DNA from: Emiliania huxleyi CCMP1516
Lineage: Eukaryota
NCBI RefSeq assembly: GCF_000372725.1
Contig: NW_005201192.1
Coordinates: 1-64,000, forward strand
Direction of reading: 5' to 3'
DNA: 64,000 nt
Both the position numbers and the translations under genes were made by a program. The notes below the pieces were generated by a model, which was given only the letters and a program-made list of their open reading frames with translations, made no database searches and was not told the origin of the DNA. Positions 19,026 through 30,705 of the stretch are shown one piece after another (position 1 is the stretch's first letter; every line of letters begins with the position of its first letter).

Positions 19026-21533
19026 ATGCCCGTGGCCGCTCCCCCGCTCCCTGCCGCCTTCCGCGTCGGCGGCCGGCCCGTGCTCGGCTTTCTCATCCAC
19101 CGTTACGACCTCTTCGACCTCGGCGAGACCGAGCTCGTCTTTGGCCCGCCCTGCACGAGCAAGCAGCTCGGCGTCCGGCGGCCGTTTGTTGACGCCGTCG
19201 AGGCTGCCATGAATGGTCTCTTTGGGGACGTGGTGCCGGCGCTCACCTCGCTCGAGGTGTGCCTCCCGGAGGCGCTGCCCGACGACTTACTCGAGGGCAA
19301 GCGGGCTGGTGGACGCAACGCGTTCACCGCCTTCCACACGAGGGGCGTCCGCGTCGTGGTCACCTTCTCGCCCAAGCTCGGCACGCGCGAGCTGACGTGC
19401 CTAGGCGAGCCGACGTGGCGGTGTTGGCCGGCGGACTCAGCGCACTGGTACTCGATCGGCCTGCTCCGCCCCTGGTTCAGCGAGTCGCTCCCGCCCGACG
19501 AGTGCGAGCGGCGCATCACCGCCCACTTTGAGGCGGGCGCGCACCGCGAGTACCGCGAGCCCAACAAGACGGACCCCAGGCGCTGGCAGCTCGATGACGG
19601 CTCGGCGGTTCCGCTCGGCGGCAAGACGCGGCTGCCGGGCTCGGCGTGGCGGATCTGGGGGCTGCGAGGCTACCGGCTGCTCCCGGACGGCGGCGCGCAC
19701 GGCCGCGACGGCAGCCTCGTGCCCGAGGCCAGCCTGGCGCAGATCGCAAAGGAGGAGCTGCTGCCGTGGCCCGGCGCGGCCCTCGACTGGCGGCCCTCGG
19801 AGGCGGACGCGGAGTGCTGGTTCCGCCCCCTCGACGAGGAGACGACGGCGGCGCTCTTGCGGCTGCAAGCGGATCTGCGCGCGCAGCCGGCGCGGCCGCA
19901 GGGGCAGCAGGGGCAGCAGGGGCAGCAGGGGCAGCAGGGCGGGGTGCTCGGCGGTCGGAAGACGGACACTCGCGTCCGGCGCGTGGTGTGGCACCTCGCG
20001 CCGACGGGCCCCCGCGCGATGGTCGTCGTCGGCCACGCGTCGTGGGGAGGCGGCAATGACAAGAGCGGGCTGCGGCTCAAGGCGCTGCCGACGGCGGGCG
20101 AGCTCGCGGGGCCTTGCGCCGCGCTGCCCCCTCTTCCAGAGGCGGAGCAGCTGACTGCAGACGTCATCGCGCCCGTCTCGCACGTCCTCGCCTTCAACGC
20201 GCTGCTCGACGTGGCGTGGTGCAAGCCGAGCCCGCCGCCGAGCGGCCTAGCAGCGGGCGCCGAGACCGTCGCTTCGAGCAGCGCAGGCGGCAGCGACCCT
20301 CTCGTGCCGGTGGCGTGCGGCGTACCCGTCGGCGAGGGGAGGGCGGTGAGCAACGCGCTCGCCCGCGACGGCCCTCTCCCGCGGTACGCCGCCGCCGTTC
20401 CCGCCGACGCGGGGGCGGACACGTTGGAGAGGGCGGCGGCGAGGCAGGCCGAGCGCTTGCAGTTCGCCGAGGAGGGCAGGGCGGAGCAGCTAAAGTACGA
20501 CGAGGCGTGGCTCGCCGAGCGGGTGCCGAGCGCGGAGGATCTCGCCAGGAGCGCGCAGCGGGCTGCCGGCCCGGCGGGCTCCTCTTGCACGGGCTCCTCT
20601 TTCACGGGCGAGCCCTCCGTGTGCCAGTCGCTTGCGCGCCGGCTCGGAGCCCACATCCAGGCGGACCCGTTCGCCAACCCGCTGCTCAACGCGTCGGCCG
20701 AGGAGCTCGAGCGCACCGACGCGGCGTGGGGGCGGCTCTGCGACGATGACGCCGTCTGGATGGAGCCGGTAATCTTACGGCTCGTGGAGGCGGCGCCCGA
20801 GGGGCGCAAGGCGGGCGTGAGCCAGGAGCTGCGCGGGATGCAGCTCGACCTTGCGCGCACGGAGACTCGGCCCGCCCCGCCGCACCTGCGCCAGCTCGCG
20901 CAGGCGATGTACCCGTGCAAGGACGACCTCGCCGCGTGCCGCGCTTGGGACGCGCATTTCCGCAGCGGCGTGCCGTACGGCATGATCGACGTCGTCGGCC
21001 GCCTCCTTGCGGCCACTCTTGAGCTGCTCTGCCGGGAGGAGCGCGAAGCGGAGGACGCTGAGCGGCTTGTGGAGCGCGACCCCGCGTTCGTGGCCGCGCA
21101 GCGGGGGCGCGGCGGAGAAGCGGCACGAGTCGTGAATAAGCCTGCCGAGACACCGCGGCTAACCGCGGCTAACAAGGTTGCGGAGATGCGCGAGCTAACA
21201 GCGGGGTTGCCGGTCCCGGCGCCAGTGGAGGGGGTGGGCGCGCTGGGCAAGCGCAGAGCGGTGCCGTGCGACGTGGGTGCGGGTGCCAAGCGCCAGCGGC
21301 CCGGCGCGGGTGAGTCCGCGCGCTCGCTGCCGCCGAGTGAGGTGCCGGGCCGCCGCGCCGAGGTGCTGGAGGGACTACGCCGCGTGCTTCGCTTTGTGGA
21401 TCAGAGCCCGGAGGAGTTCTGGCTCAAGCACGGGCCAGCCGGGCCGTTCCCCTTCCCTGAGCAGCTGGCTGCATTGAGGGCGGAGCTGGCGGGGCCGTTT
21501 CAGGGGGGGGCGCCGTCACACGGGCGCGTGTAG
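19026..21533 (+). CDS. Hypothetical protein (835 aa), divergent from the recombinase gene
   Basis: Long intronless ORF with strong GC3 bias and Trp-rich globular segments. Its ATG is only 58 bp from the likely recombinase ATG. No family recognised. Confidence 0.7.
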   Translation: MPVAAPPLPAAFRVGGRPVLGFLIHRYDLFDLGETELVFGPPCTSKQLGVRRPFVDAVEAAMNGLFGDVVPALTSLEVCLPEALPDDLLEGKRAGGRNAFTAFHTRGVRVVVTFSPKLGTRELTCLGEPTWRCWPADSAHWYSIGLLRPWFSESLPPDECERRITAHFEAGAHREYREPNKTDPRRWQLDDGSAVPLGGKTRLPGSAWRIWGLRGYRLLPDGGAHGRDGSLVPEASLAQIAKEELLPWPGAALDWRPSEADAECWFRPLDEETTAALLRLQADLRAQPARPQGQQGQQGQQGQQGGVLGGRKTDTRVRRVVWHLAPTGPRAMVVVGHASWGGGNDKSGLRLKALPTAGELAGPCAALPPLPEAEQLTADVIAPVSHVLAFNALLDVAWCKPSPPPSGLAAGAETVASSSAGGSDPLVPVACGVPVGEGRAVSNALARDGPLPRYAAAVPADAGADTLERAAARQAERLQFAEEGRAEQLKYDEAWLAERVPSAEDLARSAQRAAGPAGSSCTGSSFTGEPSVCQSLARRLGAHIQADPFANPLLNASAEELERTDAAWGRLCDDDAVWMEPVILRLVEAAPEGRKAGVSQELRGMQLDLARTETRPAPPHLRQLAQAMYPCKDDLAACRAWDAHFRSGVPYGMIDVVGRLLAATLELLCREEREAEDAERLVERDPAFVAAQRGRGGEAARVVNKPAETPRLTAANKVAEMRELTAGLPVPAPVEGVGALGKRRAVPCDVGAGAKRQRPGAGESARSLPPSEVPGRRAEVLEGLRRVLRFVDQSPEEFWLKHGPAGPFPFPEQLAALRAELAGPFQGGAPSHGRV

Positions 21534-21858
21534 ACTGGCCTTGGGAAGGACGTCGCGAGCGGGGACACCGGCACCGGCACCTTTCGTCGGGGCGAGAGCC
21601 GAGAGCGTGCCGTGGGCGGGCAACGGCAACTGAACGCTCCCACCCCAAAAGTGTTTAACATACAAAAAAAGCAGATGGTGGGGCCAGGACGGGTCGATTC
21701 ACACACTTAGACCCTCACAGCTCACAGCTCACACACGGCTCTAGATATTCGTCCTTTTACACGTCTAGCGGACAGACCCGGACACACGTCAGCTCTAGCC
21801 ATCGGACGCGGGATAGTAGTAGACACAGCAGCAAGAAACTAGCAGGAGTAGAGCAGCA

Positions 21859-21893
<35 letters not shown>

Positions 21894-22025
21894 ACCATGC
21901 TGCTGCCGCCGCCCGCCACGGCGGCTGCGGCGGGGTGAGGGCGAGCTGCACTGCTCGGCCGCCTCTCGGGTCGCGGCGGCAGCCGGCGATGGCGGCGTGG
22001 CAACCGCAGGCGGAGAGACTCGCGC

Positions 22026-25000
22026 TCATTCCGCAGCCGGCCCCGGCCCCGCACCGACCAGGGGCGCAGTGCTCGGGCCACTTGCTGCCGCCTGGATGGT
22101 GGCCGCTGGATCGTCGCCATCGCGCGAAAGCGTCGCATGCACCTCCGGGAGCGGGCAGACCGAGAGCGGCCCGGTCGAGAGCGGGTTGTCGCAGACGGTG
22201 CACTGGAGCGGGGCGCCGGGCGTGGCGACGGAAGAGTCGACGTAGTCCCGGATGCACTCGCGGCAGAAGGCGTGGCCGCACGGGCTCGACGCGACCGGGT
22301 CCGTGGCGTCCTCGAAGCAGAGGTTGCAGGTGGGCGTCGCTTGCCCATAGGTGTGGTCGAGCCTCCCCCCCACGGCCGTCCAGGCGGCCACCATGGCAGA
22401 CGCCATCGTCTTGTACCACATGTCGGCGTGCACGGCCGCCAGCCTCCGGTAGAGCCGCCGCAGGGCACTCTGCGGCTCGTCCATCTGCTCGCTGTCGCAC
22501 ACGTGTGTCACATTGATCTGCTTCGGGCCATGAGGGCCGCGCGCGCAGCGGTGCACGAGCTGCACCGCGTCGTGCAGCGACCACGATGGTGTGCCGACCA
22601 GCACAAGGGCGGAGCAGCTGCCAAAAGCGTTGGTGCCGGCCGCGTTCGCGTCGACGGAGGCCACAAAGATGTACCTCGTCTGGGGCGGCGGCTGCGGCGC
22701 AGCGATCAGCTGCTCCGCGCGGCGGCGGCCGTCGGGCCCGATGGCATCGACCACGACGACGGTGTGCGGCGTAGCGGGCGCAGCAAGCAGCGAGAGCAGC
22801 GTGAGGATCGAGTGGGCGACGTCGAGGAGATGAGTGGCGACGAGGATGTGCCGGTGGCCTCCCCCTGCGGCGTGGTGCACCGCTGCGAGGACGGCGCCCT
22901 CCACGGCCGGAGAGAGGCCGCCGCTGCTGCGGAGGAGGCCGCTGTTGCCGAGCATGTCGGACTTGGCGGCCATCGGAGTGTCAACCACGCACACGCTCGC
23001 CACGTAGGTCTTTTCCCACGGATGCTCCATGGGCACGGTGTTCGCGAGCAGCTCCTGCATCAGCGGGGACGCCGAAGCCACATCGCCCGCGGCGCTGTCG
23101 AAGCACGGGACGGCGCTCACTGCGACGATGCTCTTCGCGGCCTCGAGGCACTGCTGCTGCGCGCGCCGGTCGTGCACAGCTCGGCCGTACGCCGTGCGCA
23201 TCAACAGCGCCGCCTCGTCGATGACGACGTGCAAGTTGCCGCAGCCGTCGGCGGCGGCTGCGACGAGCTCGGCGCTGCCGAAAAAGTCGCAGTGCCGCAT
23301 GAGGACCACGCTCGTCATCCCTCCGTTGCGGCGGAGCGTGGCGGAGACGGCTGCTGCGATGCGCTTGCGCTGCGACTCGTCGCTGGAGTCGAGGGCGCGC
23401 TCGCCGAGCACGCACACGCACACGTCCATGCGACGCAAGGGTTCGGCCAAGTCCGCGAGCGACGTGGGGGGCGCTAGCACGAGCACGGCCGGAGGCTCAC
23501 CCTCGGCGCTCACCCCCGCCGCGAGGCGTCCGCGGCACCACTCCAACATCACCTTCGTCTTGCCGGCGCCGCACGGGGCAACGAGGAGCCTGGTGGCGCT
23601 CCCGCTCTCTGCTGCGCCCAGCGCCGCGACCGCGTTGATCTGGTGCTCCATCAGGCTGCCGTCGGGATCGAGACGCAGCGCGCCGCAGCCGGCGAGAGCG
23701 GCCGGGGCCGCCCGGCGGAGGAGCTCGAGGGAACGCAGCGTGCGTTCGACGGGCGCCTCCGGCGTGCTCGGGCGAGCGGCCGCAAAGTCTGCAAACTCGG
23801 GGCACAGGCTCGACCCGGCGTGCGTCGCGCCGTCCGCCACTGTGACGCTGACGCGGGCATCACGCAGCGGCGCGCAGGGCGGCACCGCAATGCCGACGGG
23901 GGGGTCCGCCGCAGCTGCGCGCATGGCCGATGCCATGGCCGAGCAAAACTCAGGCTGCACGGCGTTGGCGCCACCACAGGCGAAGGCGGTGGCAAAGGCG
24001 GAGGCGTGCTGGTCGCGCGTGACCTCGCAGCCGGGCGGCGCGTAGACGTGGTAGCCGGCGGGCGAGCGCACCACGGTGGTGAGATTGTGCTGCGCAGCGG
24101 CGGCGCGCATCACCGCGTCGCACGACGGGCAGACGGGGTACTTGACAACAACGAAGGCGTGGGTCGCGGCCTCCGAGACCGCGCGCACGACAACGCGCAC
24201 CTCGGTGTGTTGCGCGAGTCGCGAGTGCGGGAGGAAGCCGCAGATGCGGCCTGGGCGGGGGCAGCACTTGCACCTCTCCGGCCGCGGCGCCGCCCCCGAA
24301 AAGCCAGCCGCCTGCGCCAGCTGTAGGTGCAGCTGGCCGCTCGCCTCGCCGTTCTCGTCGGGCCGCGGCGTCGGGATGGTGATCGGCTGTCCGCACGGCG
24401 TGCAGGTCAGATCGCGTGGCAGAAACCAAACTTCTGTTGTGATGCCAGACGCCACTGCACACACACGTTGCTGGTAAGATCCGCCGCCGGTGAGCACATA
24501 CGCGGCGGCGCACGCACCGCCGCCGTCGCTCGCGTCGGCCCACGTCGAGCGCTCCTGCGGCGACTCGGCTTGTCGCTGCTGCTGCTGCTGCCGCCGCTGC
24601 GGCTCCGCCTGCGACAGCGGAGGGTGCAGCTCAACCTCACGGCCGGATCTCGGCCCAATCTCGGGTAAATCAGGAGATACAGCCGAGAGACAGCCGAGAG
24701 ACAGCGGAGAGACAGCGGAGAGACAGCCGAGAGACAGCCGAGAGACAGCGGAGAGACAGCCGAGAGAGACAGCCGAGAGAGACAGCCGAGAGAGACAGCC
24801 GAGAGAGACAGAGAGAGAGACAGCCGAGATATAGCCCCATTCTCTCCTCGGCTCCGCTAAACCACAGCTGTATCTCGTCTTAGGGCCTACCTCCGCCGGC
24901 TGCGCCTCCTCGATGGCGGCGGAGGCGGCGCCAGCCTCGGCGCCAGCAGCAGTGGAGGGCGCCGGTGGCGGCCCCTCCCCCTCCGCTTCCGCCGCCGCCG

Positions 25001-25702
25001 CCGCCGCCTGCTCCGCCGCGCCCTCCGCAGCCGCCGCCGCCGCCGCCGCCGCCGCCGCCTGCTCCGTCGACGCCGCCGCCTCTGCGGCCGCCTCCGGCTC
25101 TGCGGCCGCCTCCGCCTCTGCGGCCGCCTCCACCTCCGCAAACGCCGCCGCCGCCGCCGCCGCCTCCTCCTCCGCCTCTGTCACGAGCGGTGTACGCGCT
25201 GGGGCACGCGCCAGGAGGGGTGGAGGGTTGATCCCCGCCAGCACACGCTCGCACTCCGACCCCACCCTCTGCCGGGCCTCGAGCAGGATCTCGGTGCTGT
25301 CGCAGGGGCGCGCCCGATCCAAGCCGAGCGGCTCGAACGACCACGACACGCCAGAACCGACCCGACTCGACTTGAACCACGGCGCACGCCGACTCGCATC
25401 CGCTGGCTGCGTCGCCTCGTCGCCCTGGTACGCGCGGTTGTTGCACAACAGTGTGCCAAGGCGCGAGGACGGCTCCGCGCTGTCGAGCAGCTCGCGCAAG
25501 CTCGTGACCAGCGACTTCAGCTCCTCGCCCGCCTGCTGCACGAACTGCTGCAAGCATCCGAGGAGCTGCTCCTTGCTCAGCGGGCCGTGGCGGGCAAGGA
25601 CTAGCGCGGCGACGTCACGGGTGCGACAAGTGAACCTTGCCGCTTGGGCTAGCCCGCTCGCCGGCGCCGCCGCCACAGCTGGCGCCGCCTGCTCCGCCCC
25701 GC

Positions 25703-25743
<41 letters not shown>

Positions 25744-26500
25744 TGCTCCACCGGCGCCGCCGCCGCTGCAGCCTCCGCCGCCGCCTCGACCGCCCGCGCG
25801 TACGCCACCGCCGCCTCCACCGCGGTGTCGAAGGGGTTGCCGATTTGTTTGCTCCTCCCGCCCACGGTGTGCCTCGCCGAGAAGCGACCTGAGGGCAGCT
25901 CGCACACGCCCTTGTACCTGGTGGCGGTGCGGCTGGAGAGGTGCAGCCGCAAGCCCTCCGCCTCTGTTGCCACCGCTGCCGCTTGGCGCTCAGCCGGCGC
26001 CTCGGCGACTGCAGCCTCGCCGCCAGCGCCGCCTGGCTCGCCCTCGCCCGAGTCCGCCGTCCCGCCCACCGCCGACGTCTCGCCCACCGCCGCTGCCGAC
26101 GGCCCTGCCTCTCCTGCCGCCGCCGCCTCGCCGACCGCCCACGCGTATGCCACCGCCGCCTCCACCGCGGTGTCGAAGAAGCCGAGGGAGACGCCCCGCC
26201 TGCGCGCCCAGAAGCGGCCTGAGAGCTGCTTGAACACGCCCTTGTAACCGGTGGCGTTGCTGCTCGAGAGAAGCAAGCGCAAACCCTCCGCCTACACAGA
26301 ACGTCGCAGCAGTAGTGACCGATGGCGCGGCGGATCTGCGTGTGCGCCGCACTGCGCGCACATCTCGGTCCTCGCCGACGCCGCACGCAAAGTCGCTGTA
26401 GAAGTTTGCTAGTGGGCCGATGGATGCGGCACCCGCGCCCAGGAGCTTGTCGGCGTAGTAGTCGAGCGCCTCGCCCACCTCGGCCACACGCGCTGCAATT
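22026..26500 (-). CDS. Multidomain protein: 2x AP2-like, winged-helix-like, Cys motifs, divergent SF2 (SNF2-like) helicase, C-terminal C3HC4 RING; 5' end lost at the gap
   Basis: AP2-like LRLHLSSRTATRYKGV...FDTAVEAAVAYARAV (twice). wHTH-like DVAALVLARHGPLSKEQL. Helicase motifs: LMEHQ, APCGAGKT, VVIDEAA, SAVP, AAGTNA, QLVHRCAR. RING CNLC...CGHAFCREC...CTVC. Probable intron at ~24640-24890. Confidence 0.75.
24675..24830. repeat. Intronic tandem repeat (GAGACAGCCGA)n
   Basis: Directly visible 11-13-bp units inside the probable intron of the helicase gene. Confidence 0.85.
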
Positions 26501-26795
26501 TCGCCGGCGCGCCACGCCACGCCAGGCTCCCGCGCTCCGCGCTCCGCCTTTGGGCACAGGATGCGAATGATTCTCTCCCCCCCCCCCCCCCCCGTTCCTT
26601 TGGTCGCTTGCCCAGTGACCCGGGGGGCGCAAAGGACCGCCGACTCTTGGAATGGGAAAGGGGATCTCAAGATTGCATCCGCGGTTCGCGAGAAAAACCC
26701 TCCCCCCCCCTTGCACTCTAGCAAAAATTCTTGCCCGATAAAAAGAACCATTGTGCCCCTTTATCTTCGCACTTATCTCTTAATCTTTGTAAATC

Positions 26796-26895
26796 NNNNN
26801 NNNNNNNNNNNNNNNNNNNNNNNNNNNNNNNNNNNNNNNNNNNNNNNNNNNNNNNNNNNNNNNNNNNNNNNNNNNNNNNNNNNNNNNNNNNNNNN
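26796..26895. other. Assembly gap (100 N) with low-quality flanks
   Basis: N run, with homopolymer C/G tracts on both sides. Confidence 0.98.
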
Positions 26896-26929
26896 ACGGG
26901 GGGGGGGGGGGGGAAGGGCCTCACGCCTC

Positions 26930-27968
26930 AAGCATCCTCAGCAAACATTCGGCACGAAGAAAGGGAAGGTCGGGCTCGGAGGCGGCCGCGAGGGCGGAGG
27001 GCTGGGCGGCGGCGGCGACGACGGGGGCGGCGGGGATGACGGCGGCGGCGTGCGCGGCGGCGGCCTCGGAGCCGGTGCTGGCATCGATGCGACGGCTTGA
27101 CCACGGCTTGGGAACGGCCCGCGCGCGCTGCTGCAGCCAATCCCGCGCCGCCTCGCCGCCCGCCGCCGCCTCGACCGGCGGCGGCAGGAGGCCCTCGCTC
27201 TCGGCTGACAGTCCGAGCTTCTCGGGTGGCGACGGCGGGGATGGAGTAGGCGGCGGAGGGACTGAAGGCGGCGGAGGGGCCGGAGGCGGCGGCGGCGCGG
27301 GAGGAGGCGCCATCGCTGGCGGCGCGCGCCAAGGCTGCTTGTCTTGGCCGCTCCCGGTCTTGTGCCGCTTGCCCACCGGCTTGGCCTTCGGCGTTGGCCG
27401 CGCCGCCGCGCCGCCGCCGCCCGCCTCGGCCTGGTTTGACACCTGCCTCAGCGGGGAGCGAAGAGCGGCGGCCGGCGCCTGTGTGGGATGCGGGGGCGGG
27501 TGGCGTGGAGTGGAGCACGGGAGGTGGAGTGGAGAGGTGGAGCGCGGAAGCGGCGTGTGTACAGCGACCCCGCCCGCTCGTCCCGCCTGACGGGCACAAA
27601 GGCACCGCCACACACACACCGGGAGGGAGCCGCACCTGGGCGCGAAGTGGCACCGGCGGTGCAGGCTGGGTGGCGGGGGAGGGAGGCCTGGCCGCCGCGC
27701 CGCCCTCATGCTCTCGCTTCCGCCGCCGCCCCCCACGCAGCGCCGGATTGTCGGCGGCAAAATCGAGCCAGTCGTTGGAGTCCTCGCACATCGGCGCCAG
27801 CTTGTCGAACTTGGGGTCGGGGAACTCCTTGAAAACGAAGTGGAGGCGCTCTCGGTCGTCGCTCGAGTACGCGCTTACGGCATGCCAATCCCGACCGTCT
27901 CGGAGCCAGGCCTCTCTAGGCCGGCCACGGGGCCGCGAGGCGCCCCTCGCGTCTTGAACCGGATGCAT
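26930..27968 (-). CDS. Spliced Pro-rich hypothetical gene fragment, possibly the 5' part of the helicase gene
   Basis: Exon ...LHFVFKEFPDPKFDKLAPMCEDSNDWLDFAADNP...RAQ, a GT-AG intron (~27636-27445), then VSNQAEAG... running into the gap. Same strand as 22026-26500. Confidence 0.4.
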
Positions 27969-28070
27969 ACACCTGCGAGCGCGACGAGGAGACGCGACCG
28001 CGCCGCGAGGGAGGAGCCGCCGCGTTCAAACTTCGGCAGGTTTTCTTTTTTGAGAGCCGAACGCCCCGGA

Positions 28071-28113
28071 TGTGTGTGTGTGTGTGTACGTGTGCGTGCG
28101 TGCGTGTGTACGT

Positions 28114-28188
<75 letters not shown>
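28071..28188. repeat. (TG)n microsatellite
   Basis: Directly visible. Confidence 0.95.
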
Positions 28189-28189
<1 letters not shown>

Positions 28190-28541
28190 TTTCTTGTGTG
28201 TGTAGGTTATTTATCCGACAACGCGAGGAGAGGAACCGACAAACCCAACCCACCGTGAGGGGGGAACTGTGACTCAATCGTCACCTAACTATTACGTTCC
28301 GCGCGCGCGCCGAACGAGCGTTTGTCGGACCCTCGCGCTTCTAGGCGCCAGAGTCCTGTTCTCGTCTGCCCCACCCTCCCTCCCTGGCAGACGATTGTGT
28401 TGTGTTTGTGTTGTGTGTGAGTGTCGGGCCTTATTTGGGCGCCGACGACGCTCGGGGTCGTCTGGCAACGGCACCGGGAGCTCGAGACGCAGCTCTCGGG
28501 GCCAGCCAACCCAGGAGTCGATTTTAGGACCAATCTCAATG

Positions 28542-29422
28542 CTGAGGGAGGGTGTAGAGGATGTAGAGTGTAGAGCGCTGTAGAGCTGTAGAGATGTAGA
28601 GCGCTCTGGAGCGCTGTAGAGCTGTAGAGCTCTACATCGGCTGCGGGACGAACTGCCTCCGTTGTAGAGCCATGTAGAGCGCGATTTTGTTGTAGAGGCT
28701 CTACAGCCAAACCGCCGGGAAGGCAGTGACTCAAAGAGGTCGAGTCGCACTAATGGGGTGTCTCCGAGCTTACTGGAGCTCTGATGGACGGCCCTGACTA
28801 TCCCTGACACACAGAGAGTCACTCTGACGGCACACAACACCCTATATCTGCGTCATGACCAGCCTGCCATGCGTCGCCGGTGCCGCATTTGTCGCTGTGC
28901 TTCTTTAGCAGGCGGTGGACTGTCGGCTGCGAGGACGGTCGCATTTGCGCGAGGCGAGGTGAGCATTTAGACGCGTTGCATGCGCCATGACTCGCGCCAG
29001 CGCGTGCGGGAGCTCCTGGCTGAGCGTTGAGTCCAGGCGAGTTGTGCTGGCCACGATCGCTACGCCGAGCCGAGCTGACGTGCTGAGGCGCCGGCCAGTC
29101 GCAGCCGCGAGGCATGCCACAGCAGCAGAGGCACCTGCCACCCATTGGGCGGGCAGACAGAAGGCCAGGGCAGCACTGGCAAGTGCAACGCGCCTCATGT
29201 CGGAGAGCGACCGTTCCTCGTTCGCGCCGCTTATGATGTAGAGTTTGTTGTAGAGATTTCACGTTGTAGAGCGCCTCTACATCGCTCTACAACGGAGGCG
29301 CATCGTCACGCGCCGGATGTAGAGCTCTACAGCTCTACATTGCTCTACAGCGCTCCAGAGCGCTCTACATCTCTACAGCTCTACAGCGCTCTACACTCTA
29401 CATCCTCTACACCCTCCCTCAG
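28542..29422. mobile_element. Foldback-like non-autonomous TIR element, 881 bp, 8-bp TSD
   Basis: Termini CTGAGGGAGGGTGTAGAGG and CCTCTACACCCTCCCTCAG. The ~140-bp imperfect TIRs are built from TGTAGAG units. Perfect TSD TCTCAATG at 28534-28541 and 29423-29430. Confidence 0.9.
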
Positions 29423-30248
29423 TCTCAATGACAATCAACATCAGCATGAACAACGGGGACTCGGACGCGATGGATAATCGATCCGTCCGAGTAGTAGTTT
29501 TTCTAGCAGTCCTCTGTGCGTGTAGAGTAAAGACCTCAGAATGAGTAGCCCATAATATCTCTCCCCAGTTGCCGCACATTCCAGGCGCGCGTGCAAAAGC
29601 GGGTCTCAGACCTGCACGATCCGCTGTTCTCACAAGAACACGGGTGGCACATCTTGAAGACGGATAGCCACTTTGGGGCCCGTAGCGTCGCCCACTGCGC
29701 GCCCCTGGCCACCCCACAGTGATGCCTGTGGCGGTGTACCGCATGTCATGGGAGAGGAGCATCTTTGCGACGAGCCCGCTGCCAGTCCAAGGAGGGGCAA
29801 AGGAGGTGTTGTCGACGGCACACGTGCCGTCGAGCTTGGCGTTGCGGCACTCCAGCATAGCCTACATACGAGCAAACACATGAAAATGGCCCCTCTCCAG
29901 ACCCACCCAGAAGCCTTGCGCACCCACCGTTGGGCACAGCACTCGACGCCAAAGGGGCAGTTGTCGCTGCTCTCCGGCGCTCGTGAGCAGCCGATTGAGC
30001 AGCAGCCGAGTGGAAGGTGTGTTGGAGTGGAAGGTGATCGTCGGCGACAAAGTTGCATGTTCAAAGACTTGGGGTGCACGAAGCGGTTCAGCACCAAAAA
30101 TGCGCCTGTATGTGCACATATGACCCACCATGCATTCGCCGCGTCTCTCTCTCTCTGAAGCGGGAGCAGCAGTTTTGAGAGAAGCTCGGAGACGCAATTT
30201 CAGGTGTTCGCCGCCGCGCCGTGTCCATTTTGAGCTAGCTATCCAGAT

Positions 30249-30670
30249 ATGCTGGCTGCCACGCTCACGGCGGCTCTCGGCTTCTCGCCGGGCGTGACGC
30301 GCCTGCCGAACGGCTTCGCCGGTGCGCCGCGAGCCCGACCACAGCACAGACGCGCCATCGCGCCACCACTGCGGCCGGCGAGGCCGCATCTGCGCGTGCG
30401 CCGCGATGCAAAACGCAATTTGATGCAGCATCTCCCCTTCGCCACGCCCGCGCGAGCCCGCACTTGGGTCCCAGCCCGCCGCCTGGCGCGCGGACGCTGC
30501 ACCACCGCCAGCCTGCCGGAAACCGAGTCCTCGCACAGCCCAGCCGCACCCGCGCTGACGCCGCCCGCTCTGCCGCTGCAGGCACGGCACTTTCGCAGCA
30601 CGCGTTGACGCCCGTGGCGTCGCGCTCAGCAGCCTCGTCCGGCCTCGAGTCGGTCCTGGCGCCGCTGCTC

Positions 30671-30705
<35 letters not shown>

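Noticed and set aside
13565..21533. Calling the block a Polinton-like virus
   Set aside because: No capsid, packaging ATPase or pPolB was recognisable; kept only as a generic mobile-element hypothesis.
26540..26930. ORFs and odd composition next to the N gap
   Set aside because: Homopolymer-rich, low-quality read ends, likely an assembly artefact.
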